64,000 bases of DNA. Source: Macrostomum lignano (lineage: Eukaryota). Below are positions 35,174 to 47,100 of this stretch, one piece after another. Numbering within the stretch: the stretch's first letter is position 1; each line of letters begins with the position of its first letter. Made by a program: the position numbers and the translations under genes. The stretch covers positions 18,725-82,724 of the forward strand of contig NIVC01003688.1 of the NCBI GenBank assembly GCA_002269645.1, given 5' to 3'. A model generated the notes under the pieces. The model was not told the origin of the DNA and made no database searches. It saw only the letters and a list, made by a program, of their open reading frames with translations.

Positions 35174-38100
35174 TTAATTACCCCGACTATTAAGCGACTC
35201 CCTCAATTCAAAATCGACAGCGTCGCCCGAAGCCGACTGGCTGCCGGGAATCGACGACCGCCGGCTGTCCAGAGTGGCCGGGTAGCCAACCGACGAGCCG
35301 GCGTCCCAGCGCCAGTCCAGCTCCCAATCGCTGCTGTCGTCTCCGCTGTCTCCACCACCGTCGTAGCGACGCTGCCGATGCTTTGTTTTCCACTCGCTGC
35401 CGATGTCAATGCCGACATCCGAGGCGGTCAGCGAGGCGTGGACATGCCGCAGCAGCAGGCCGGACATGCCGGCGCCGATGCCGCTTCTCTTCGACATCGA
35501 CGGCCGCCGGCGCCGCTGCCAAGTCCACGTCGTCGATCGATCGTCGGGGACAGTGGATCCGCCGTCGCCGCTGAGCGCTTCGGCCAAGTCGGCGTCGAGC
35601 TCCTGGTGCTTCACTTCGCTGGCTAGGCGGTCGCGCATGCCGCAGGCGAGCCGGTCTCTGCGGTCCTCAGACTGGTCCGAGTCGAAGCTGAACACCGAGG
35701 ATGAGGCGGCGAAGTCCTCGTCGGCAAAACTTGGCGCCCTGGCCAGCAGTTCGGGACGGATCTTCACGATTAGGACGCAGATGTTGCCGCTGGAGCCGTG
35801 CGACTGTGGTTGAGTGGAAGAAGGCAGTTAATGTATGATGAAGGATTCTGGTCACAGATTGAGCAGATGTCAAAGTAATCTCCTGGATAGCTGGATCAGC
35901 AGGACGCTACAGTCGGTTTTCTTAAAAATGAGATGAAGGTCGGTGGGGTAATGTGCTCTTTTGGAGGAGGCCGATTTTTTCGACCGAATTAGTCTATGGC
36001 AAAACCTGCTGATCCCTGAGCACGCGCCCGGGTGAGTTGCGCATGCAAGCACACGCTCACACAAGGTGAACACGTTTCTAGAAAAACTTTAGGAAACAGG
36101 TTTTCCAAAAAATACACTAGGATTGTAGCCTGGTAGTTACAGCGTCGGACTCACGACTTGAAGGTCAGGGGTTCGATTCCCGATCTCACTGGAACAATTT
36201 GTGTCCTTGAGCAAGACGCTTAACTCTGCATTTGCTTCAGTTCACCCAGCTGTAAAATGGGTGCCAGCATTAGCTGGGGCAATTGAGGGTGTGTGTGGTG
36301 GGGGGGGGGGGTTTCACAAACACGAAATTTCATCACAACATCGAAAATTCAAATAGCAACCATTTTCACAAGGTCGAAATTTCACAACGTAGAAAACTAC
36401 TGCATAGTTCTTGTTATAATAAGTTTTCGGTGTTGTGAAATTTCGACCTTGTGAAGGCACCCCTGTGTGGCGACCCCCCAGCAGGGACTGGACTGAACAG
36501 CCGTACGCAGCCTTCAGATGCGCCGTGCAATAGCGCATCGGTTGCACATCTGGCCCTATTGGGGCAGGTGTACTAAAAAAATTTCAGCACAAAGTTTTTT
36601 ATAGCTCTATTGATATTCATACTGCTTTTCGTTTGTAAAATTTGGATTCTATGTTAATTTTATATCCCACCTACATGTACTGTGCCTAGCATGATAAAAA
36701 TGGCAGGGCTTGACTCATTGAAAAATATTTTATCATGCTTAGCTTATTGACTGTAACAAAAGTGTAACAAAATGATAATATTGATTCATAGAACCAAAAC
36801 GTAGGATATAAGATTAACATAGAATCATAATTTTCTAATGGAAAAGCTTTATAAATATCTATAGAGCAATAAGAAAGGCAAGTAATACCAAAAGACAAAC
36901 GTTGGGTCTCCCTCCTATCAAAAGCAATAACAATTTTTGTGCTGAAATTTTAGTCCTTGTGTGTACAGCGGCCAGCAGTGTGCACTCTCCGTGGCATTGG
37001 GGTTGGCACCTTGGAGCTAGCGTGTGCGCTCTTAGCTAGATTTTAAACGCACCTGCGCCAAGTCCACCAGCCGTTTTGCCGCAGCCACTGGATGTGCGAC
37101 CTTCAGCACTTCGGCTGCCACCACTTCGTGTCCGACATGCGACCACAGGCCGCGGTTCGCTAGGACGAGGGCGTCGTCCCACTCTGTGAGGTTGAGCTGA
37201 GTCACCTGCGGATCCGGCACCACTACCGGATGAAGGGAGGACCAGCCCAGCATCCTGGTGCACCTGTATGAGGAAGTATTGTGTGTATAATGTACATGTT
37301 TGTGACCAATTAGTGACTTCACAAACTTCTGTAGTTTACTCGTTGGTGAAACTAATAGTTGGTGAACTCACTATAGTTGGTGAACTCACTATAGTTGGTG
37401 AATTCACTGTAGTTAGTGAACTCACTATAGTTGGTGAACTCAATATAGTTAGTGAACTCACTGTAGTTGGTGAACTCACTGTATTTGGTGAACTCACTGT
37501 AGTTGGTGAACTCACTGTATTTGGTGAACTCACTATAGTTGGTGAACTCACTATAGTTGGTGAACTCACTGTAGTTGGTGAACTCACTGTAGTTGGTGAA
37601 CTCACTGTATTTGGTGAACTCACTGTAGTTGGTGAACTCACTGTATTTGGTGAACTCACTATAGTTGGTGAACTCACTATAGTTGGTGAACTCACTGTAG
37701 TTGGTGAAGTCACTGTATTTGGTGAACTCACTATAGTTGGTGAACTCACTATAGTTGGTGAACTCACTGTAGTTGGTGAACTCACTGTATTTGGTGAACT
37801 CACTATAGTTGGTGAACTCACTATAGTTGGTGAACTCACTATAGTTGGTGAACTCACTGTAGTTGGTGAACTCACTGTAGTTGGTGAACTCACTGTAGTT
37901 GGTGAACTCACTGTAGTTGGTGAACTCACTATAGTTGGTGAACTCACTAATAGTTGGTGAACTCACTATATTTGGTGAACTATCTGTAGTTGGTGAACTC
38001 ACTAATAGTTGGTGAACGCTACATAGTTGGTGAACTCACCTGCACTGGCCATTCACGCGGCCATCGTCAGTGACGACACCGCCAGCTTTTGTGACTCTGG

Positions 38101-41100
38101 TTGCTTCGTCACGGTCTCGCTGGGCCAGGAAGCAGCGGGTGAGCCGGCGCCCAACTCCATCTTCAGCTTCCGGATTCCGCGGTCGCTGAACAAGCAGTGC
38201 TTCAACGTCACCTGCATTGGCGGCTGTCACCTGAGGTTTAATGGCAATCGAAGTGAGGCCACGTTGAAAGTACTTTTTGTCCTTGTTTATCTTTTTATTG
38301 GTTTTCTGACTTTATAAGAAATATTTTACGAATTCCATAGGGATTTTGGGTCTTCTACATCGATTATTTTAGAACTTATAGGGATTTTAGGGATTCTTTT
38401 AGGACTTCTATTGGGATTCTTATAGTACTTCTGTAGGGATTCTTTCGGGACTTCTATGGGGATTCCTATGGAACTTAAATGTGGATTCTTTTGGGATTTC
38501 TTTAGGGTGTCCTATGGGACTTCTGTAGGGATTTTTATGAGACTTCTGTAGGCATTCTATTGTGACTTTTTAGGGATTCCTATGGGACTTTTGACTGGAT
38601 TATTGGCTAATTGAAATTTTCTAGGGGTTTTTCAAGACTTCATAACAATTTTATTTGGGACTTTCGAGCAGATTTGGTTCTTTAGCTACCTAATAAAAAT
38701 GTACCATTTTCTTAGAAATCCTCATATTTCTTAGAAACGCCCGCACTCGCCTGCCAGTGCCCCGGCCACCGTTTCAAATGCAGGGCAGCGCAGGCGGCTC
38801 CGCGCCGTCTTCCCAGATTGCGCAGTCGCCGATGGCAGGTCAGCAGCGCGCGACGCAGCGCCGCACCTTCTGGCGAGGCGGCTGGCGCGGCGCCGGAACC
38901 AGCGACAACGCCTCGCAGTTCGGCTTTGAAGGCGCGGCAAAAGTCGGCCTGCAGTCGGCGAGCTATCGCGGCGTCGCCGTCGCCGTCGAACCAAGGACTA
39001 CTTACTTATAAACGATACTTAAGTAGTCCTTGCGTCGAACATGGCAAACAGGCCGCCGTCGGGCGTCGGGTAGGGCATCCGCTTGGCAACTGAGACGCTG
39101 ATGATGGAGCTCGGCCGGGAGCCGGCGACCTCGGCGAGGCCGAATTGGAACGGCCCAACGCTCCTGACGGAGCCAGTCGAGCGGCGTCGCTGCGCCGTTT
39201 GCAACGGCGTCGTCGGCGGAGACAGCAGCATCAGGGTCGACTCGGCCGAGGACGCGTCGACGGTGTGGATCGGGCTGCTGCTCCTGCATCGGCGGGGAGG
39301 GGTACGTGTAGTTCAGACTGCCTTTTTCTTCTATTAGTAGACAACTAAATATTGTAGGTATTGAACAATCTGCTTCAATTCCGATGTATTTTTAACCATT
39401 TTTACACCCAGCAATACCATAGCAACACCATGGCAACACCATAGAAACACCATAGCAACACCACAGCAATACCATAGCAAACACCATAGCAACACCATAG
39501 CAACCATAGCAACAATATAGTAACACCATAGCAACACTATAGCAACACTGTAGCAACAATATAGCAACACCATAGCAACACCATAGCAACAATATAGCAA
39601 CACCATAGCAACCATAGCAACAATATAGTAACACCATAGCAACACTATAGCAACACTGTAGCAACAATATAGCAACACCATAGCAACACCATAGCAGGAC
39701 ATGACTGTAACGAATTTAATTTAATTTTCCGGAGACTTTTAACTATGGCAATTAAAATTTGTTGCTTTCTTTTTCAATTTTCGCTAGTGTTATTTCATTT
39801 TGCTACTATCAGTAATGGAATAAGTATAACTTAGAAGCGAAGGGCAAAAGAGCAGCTCAGAGGTGAACCCGTCTGACTCTTGTCAGTATTGGCGCGCTTG
39901 TATGTTGCTCAGGAGTCTGCGGAATGGGCTGATTGCCGTCATCGCTGGCTGTGTGCATGGGGCGAGTGGAAGTTTAAAGCTTTGTCTAGCAACAAAAAAT
40001 CTCGTTTAATTCTTTGATGCTATGACAGCTAATTTTAGCGACTTTGAGTTTCCTGAGTTTGATAATCATTTTATAGCAATTTCGCCACAAAGGAAATCTG
40101 GATCATAATTTACCTAAATAGGTATTATGCGAATGAAGTTAAAAGGAAATGAAGGATGTTGGATTTATTGAAGGATTCGAATGATTTGATGGATTTTTCT
40201 CTCTGTGTGATATGTCGATCGTAGACTTCTTTCTTTGCTGGAGAACGAAAATAATTGCATTTTTAATAATTCTGACATCTGCTTGATTATCTGCTGTTTC
40301 GAGTTATAGGCCCCGGTTTGCTTGACGTCACGCATATTGGTGTGTTAGACAGGGAATCACCGGTTAGATATCGAATCACCGGTTAGACAGGGGATCATTG
40401 GTTAGACAGCGTAATCATTGGTTAGACAGCGTAATCATTGGTTAGACAGCGTAATTATTGGTTAGAGAGCGTAATTATTGGTTAGACAGGGTAATCATTG
40501 GTTAGACAGGGAATCACCAGTTAGACAGGGAATCACCGATTAGACAAGGAATCACCGGTTAGACAGGGAATCACCGGTCAGACAGGGAATCACCAGTTAG
40601 ACAGGGAATCACCGATTAGACAGGGAATCACCAGTTAGACAGGGAATCACCGATTAGGCAAGGAATCACCGGTTAGACAGGGAATCACCAGTTAGACAGG
40701 GAATCACCGATTAGACAAGGAATCACCGGTTTCAAACATGGAATCACCGGTTAGACAGGGAATTATCGGTTAGACAGGGAATCACCGGTTTCAAACATGG
40801 AATCCTCGATTAGACAGGGAATCACCGGTTTCAAACATGGAATCACCGGTTAGACAGGGAATTATCGGTTAGACAGGGAATCACCGGTTTCAAACATGGA
40901 ATCCTCGATTAGACAGGGAATCACCGGTTAGACAGGGAATCACCGGTTAGACAGGGAATCACCGGTTAGACAGGGAATCACCGGTTAGACAGGGAATCAC
41001 CGGTTAGACAGGGAATCACCGGTTAGACAGGGAATCACCGGTTAGACACGGGAATCTCCGATTAGACAAGGAATCACCGGTTTCAAACATGGAATCACCG

Positions 41101-44100
41101 GTTAGACAGGGAATTATTGGTTAGACAGGGAATCACCGGTTTCAAACATGGAATCCTCGATTAGACAGGGAATCACCGGTTTCAAACATGGAATCACTGG
41201 TTAGACAGGGAATTATCGGTTAGACAGGGAATCACCGGTTTCAAACATGGAATCCTCGATTAGACAGGGAATCACCGGTTAGACAGGGAATCACCGGTTA
41301 GACAGGGAATCACCGGTTAGACAGAGAATCACCGGTTAGACAGGGAATCACCGGTCAGACACGGGAATCTCCGATTAGACATGGGAATCACCGGTCAGAC
41401 ACAGGTCCAACCACAGTTTCCCACCTCACGGAAGCCAGGTCCTGCATAGACATGCCCATCTGCTGGTTGCAGGAGAGGTCCAAGAAGCTGAGCCTGGATT
41501 CCATCAGATTGCGCACAGATCCGCTCAGTGTTGAATTGCAGCCAACGTCAAGAGTTCGCAGTCTGGGCGAGTCGCTGAGGTCCGGCAGTCGCTGCAGGCA
41601 GTTGGAGTGAGCCCTGATCGTAACCAGGCGTTCGAGACGAGACAAAGTCGATGGCAGCGTCTTCAGCTGGTTGCCGGATATGTTCAATTCGCGAAGCTCG
41701 CAAAACTGAAGCATTGTTCTTTGATGATGGGGTACGTTTGAATGCTTTTATTTCGTGGCAAGTACATGCACTGTGAGCGAAGTTAATAAAAAATTCTGAC
41801 AAGAACAAGAACAGAACTTGCTTTGGGTGCTTCTTTTTATGAGACATTACGCGCTCAAAGTTCATCGGGGCAATTCTTTTTAACACCCTTCTAATTCCCA
41901 TCAAGTAAAATTAAAATTTTCTCTCAAACATCAGTCTTATTCCCCTCAAATACTATTTTAATTCGCCTCAAACTCTATTCTAATTCCTCTCCAACACCAT
42001 TCTAATTCCTCTCAAACACCAATTTTAATTCACCTCACATACAATTCTTATTCTCCTCAAGTACCAGTTTAATTCCCTTCAAATACCATTCCAATTGCCT
42101 TCATATACCATTCTAATTCCCCTCAAACAACATTCTAATTCCCTTCAAATACCATTCTAATTCCCCTCAAACAACATTCTAATTCCCTTCAAATACCATT
42201 CTAATTCCCCTCAAACAACATTCTAATTCCCTTCAAATACCATTCTAATTCCCCTCAAAAAACATTCTAATTCCCTTCAAATACCATTCTAATTCCCCTC
42301 AAAAACATTCTAATTCCCCTCAAATGAGACCATTATAATTCTCCTCAAACACCATTCTAATTCCCCTCAAACAGCGTTCTAATTCCCCTTAAATACCATT
42401 ATAATTCTCCTCAAACAGCATTCTAATTCCCCTCAAACAACATTCTAATTCCCCTCAAATCATTATAATTCTCCTCAAACAGCATTCTAATTCCCCTCAA
42501 CTTACCATTCTAATTGCCCTCAAACACGATTCTCATTCTCCCTCAAACAGCAATATAATCCCCCTCAAACACCATTCTAATTCCCCTCAAACACCCTTCT
42601 AATTCCCCTCAAATACCATTCTAATTCCCCTCAAACACAATTCGAATCCCGCGGCACACAATGTACTCAAAAGAAGCCCAGACTCACTCGTCGTTAATCT
42701 CCGTGAGCCGGTTAAACGCTAGCAGCAGAGTCCGCAGGCTGCTCCCAAAGTTCTCCGCAAGGAAGCTGACATCTGCATCGCTGAATTGGTTGAACGAAGC
42801 CGTCAGGACTTGAAGTCGATTGCCGGAATTCCTAAGCGGCAGTTTTGGCAACTCAACGAGCTGATTGTTGGCTAAATTCAACTCAACTAGAGCTGGCGTC
42901 AGGTGGAACAGAGCCGCTGGTAGCCTAGTTAACTGGTTGCTATGGAGACAGAGCTCTAGCAGCTCAGTCAGACCGTTGGCAGCCTCGGCTGGCGCAGCTG
43001 GCAGCTCGGCTATTCGGTTTCGCTCCAGACGGAGGCTCTGCAACTTGACGCAGCGCCAGATGTCGGCTGGCAGTCGGCGAATTTCATTGCCGCCGGCGTG
43101 CAGTCGGAGGAGGCTGGCTCGGCCAGACGGCCACAAACAGTCGGGCAGGCTGTCAAGGCGGTTGTCACTGACGTCGAGGCATTCGAGACGCTTCGGTGGC
43201 GGCGATATTTTTAGGCTTTGCAGCTCTGCGTTGGCGGGGATCGAGACATTGGCTTGGGGAGGTTCTTTGGAAATTGTCGATCAGCTTTGGGGAAATCCAG
43301 TTTCTCTCTAGTAACCTTGAGGAAAGGCAGTCTCTGTTTAGTGACCTTGAGGTAAGCGAATTCCTTTCCAGTGACCTTAAGGAAGGCAGTATCTCTTTAG
43401 TGACTTTGATATGAATAAAAGCCTATTTTTGTCCAGTGACCTTGAGAAAAGCAAGTTTCTCTTCAGTAACCTTGCGGAAAGCGAGTCTCTCTCCAGTGAC
43501 CTTAAGGAAAGACAGTCTCTCTTTAGTGACCTTGAGGAAAGCGAGTCTCTCGAGTAATCTTGCGGAAAGCGAGTCTCTCGATCCAGTGACATTGAAGAGA
43601 GCCAGTTTCTCTCCAGTGACCTTGAGGAAAGCCAGTTTCTCTCCAGTGACCTTGAGGAAAGCCAGTTTCTCTCCAGTGACCTTGAGGAAAGCCAGTTTCT
43701 CTCAAGTGACCTTGAGGAGAGCCAGTTTTTCTCCAGTGACCTTGGGGATAGCCAGTTTCTCTCCAGTGACCTTGAGGAAAGCCAGTTTCTCTCCAGTGAC
43801 CTTGAGGAAAGCCAGTTTCTCTCCAGTGACCTTGAAGAAAGGCAGTCTCTCTCCAGTGACCTTAAGGGAAAGCCTGTTTTTCTCCAATAATTGGGGAAAG
43901 CGAGTCTCTCTCCAGTGACCTTGAGGAAAGCCAGTCTCTTTCTTTCTAAGTGTATTGAATCGTAAAATGTAAGCAACAATAGTGTAATTAAGTATGGCTT
44001 ATAAAAAATACGAGCGTAGTAGCGTTTTAGTCAAAATATATCATTGAGTTAAAATAGTCTATAAAGGATAAAATATAGTTCATAGCTCGCACTAAACAGA

Positions 44101-47100
44101 AAGTACTCAAAACTCACTATTTTCAACCAATAACAGAGTTCTCAGTGCCGTTCCGTTGACGAAAATGTCTGCAAGCCTGTTCCTGTCACAGGACAGGAAT
44201 TCCAGATGGGACAGCGGCTGCAAATCCAGCGTCTCGATCTGGTAAATATAGCGGACGGGGGAGAGGTCGGCTCAAAAATCTAAGCTGACTTTTGAAAATT
44301 CTTTTGAACTGTTTTCTAAAAAAATCTAAAAATTCTTGTCTCTGTATCCAGTTAAATTTAGCACACTAATATATGAGTACTTTCTTGTGAATTCCTGAAT
44401 TTTCATCAACGAAGAAGAGCTTCGACAAAGAAAGTTAATAATATCTATTTTACTATATTTACGCGCTCGCACATTATTTTTCACTTCAAAAAGGTTTTGT
44501 TCCTTTGAATAGTTTGCGAAAAGCAAATAAGTTTCTGTCCTTACAGCTAGGCCAAAAGAAATTTCGTATTTTTAACTGACAGCAATGTACTGACGTAGCA
44601 GATGTAGTTTTATAAAACTTTTTTTGGCCACAAAATCTAGACTAACCAAATCTAATCTAACCCTATCTAATCTGACACACTCTAATCTGACACAATCTAA
44701 TTTAACTGAATCTAATTTCACCCAATCTAATCGAATCAAGTCTAATCTCTCCCTCCAATCTAATCTAACCAAATCTACTATCACCCAATCTAATCTCACC
44801 CAATCTAGTCTAATCAAATCGAATCTAACCAAATCGAATCTAACCGAATATAATCTCACCCAATCTAATCTAACCATATCTAATCAAATCAATTTTAATC
44901 TCTCCCTCCAATCTAATCTAACCAAATCTACTATCACCCAATCTAATATCACCCAATCTAGTCGAATCAAATCTAATCTAACCAAATCTAATCTCACCCA
45001 ATCTAATCTCACCCAATCTATTCTAATCAAATCTAATCTAACCAAATCTTATCTAACCGAATCTAATCTCAACATAATCTAATATAATCCAATTTAATAT
45101 AACAAAATCTAATATAGCCAAATCTAATGTACCGACACCCAATCTAATCTAACATTATCTAATCTACCATGATCTAATCTAACCCCTGTCTAATAAAATC
45201 TCGAATCCCAACAACTAAAGCTCACCAGATTATCCCTGAGATCCAGGTACACAAGGTGCGTGAGTCCGGCCAGTCCCAGACTGATCCCACTGTCAATCGC
45301 AACCAGCCGATTAAAACGCAAATTAATTCGTTTAATCCCTCCAGCGTCCAGGCGTTGAGCCAGAGCATCCGGGATGCTACTGAGCTGGTTGCCAGGCAAA
45401 ATGACGTCACTGTTGCTAGGCAGACAGGCTAATACGGGAGGCAATTCTTCGAACCGATTAAAAGCGATCAGCAGTACGGACAGTTGAGCGAGTGACGTCA
45501 TCGAGTCTGGCAGCTCCGTGAGTCGATTGTTGTACAGGTAGAGGCTCCGAAGTCTGAGCGGTTCAGTGGGAGTTTTATGCACCTAGATAAAGATTTTATT
45601 GCTTGCACTTTGGCAGTGTTTGACTCTGCTGACACTTATAGTTTGACACTTACTGACACTTATAGTTTGACACTGCTGACACTTATAGTTTGACAATGCT
45701 GACACTTATAGTTTGACACTGCTGACACTTATAGTTTGACACTTACTGACACTTATAGTTTGACAATGCTGACAGTTATAGTTTGACACTTACTGACACT
45801 TATAGTTTGACACTGCTGACACTTATAGTTTGACACTGCTGACACTTATAGTTTGACACTGCTGACACTTATAGTTTGACACTGCTGACACTTATAGTTT
45901 GACACTTACTCACACTTATAGTTTGACAATGCTGACACTTATAGTTTGACACTTACTGACACTTATAGTTTGACTCTGCTGACAGTTATAGTTTGACACT
46001 TACTGACACTTATAGTTTGACACTGCTGACACTTATAGTTTGACAATGCTGACACTTATAGTTTGACACTTACTGACACTTATAGTTTGACACTGCTGAC
46101 ACTTATAGTTTGACACTGCTGACACTTATAGTTTGACACTTACTGACACTTATAGTTTGACACTGCTGATACTTATAGTTTGACAATGCTGACACTTATA
46201 GTTTGACACTTACTGACACTTATAGTTTGACACTTACTGACACTTATAGTTTGACACTTACTGACACTTATAGTTTGACACTTACTGACACTTATAGTTT
46301 GACACTGCTGACACTTATAGTTTGACACTTACTGACACTTATAGTTTGACACTTACTGACACTTATGGTTTGACACTGCTGACACTTATAGTTTGACACT
46401 TACTGACACTTATAGTTTGACACTTACTGACACTTATAGTTTGACACTGCTGACACTTATAGTTTGACACTGCTGACACTTATAGTTTGACACTGCTGAC
46501 ACTTATAGTTTGACACTGCTGACACTTATAGTTTGACACTGCTGACACTTATAGTTTGACACTGCTGACACTTATAGTTTGACACTTACTGACACTTATA
46601 GTTTGACACTGCTGACACTTATAGTTTGACACTTACTGACACTTATAGTTTGACACTGCTGACACTTATAGTTTGACACTTACTGACACTTATAGTTTGA
46701 CACTTACTGACACTTATAGTTTGACACTGCTGACACTTATAGTTTGACACTGCTGACACTTATAGTTTGACACTGCTGACACTTATAGTTTGACACTGCT
46801 GACACTTATAGTTTGACACTGCTGAAGCTATAAATGTCCTTCGATACAACTGAAAACCTAGTTCGACACAATCTGACCTTGAGTGAAGAGCTACTGACTT
46901 TAATCTTGAAATATCTTGAAATAATTAGGATAATTTTATAGTCGCTTACTTTATCAGATTGGAAATCTCGTTAGGCAGCGCCGAAATCTGATTGGCTGCT
47001 ATATTTAGCTCAGTTAAAGAGCGCAGCCGGCACAGGCACGCGGGCAAAGTAGTTAGAAAGTTCTCGGACAAATCCAGACTAGTTAAATTTCGGAATCTGA

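Noticed and set aside
36121-36200. tRNA gene
   Set aside because: A and B boxes are present but there is no acceptor-stem closure; it continues into a SINE body shared with 57010-57285.
37268-38002. VGELTV / SSPTIV / SEFTNY repeat proteins resembling antifreeze or mucin repeats
   Set aside because: 18-bp array inside a phase-consistent PHLPP intron.
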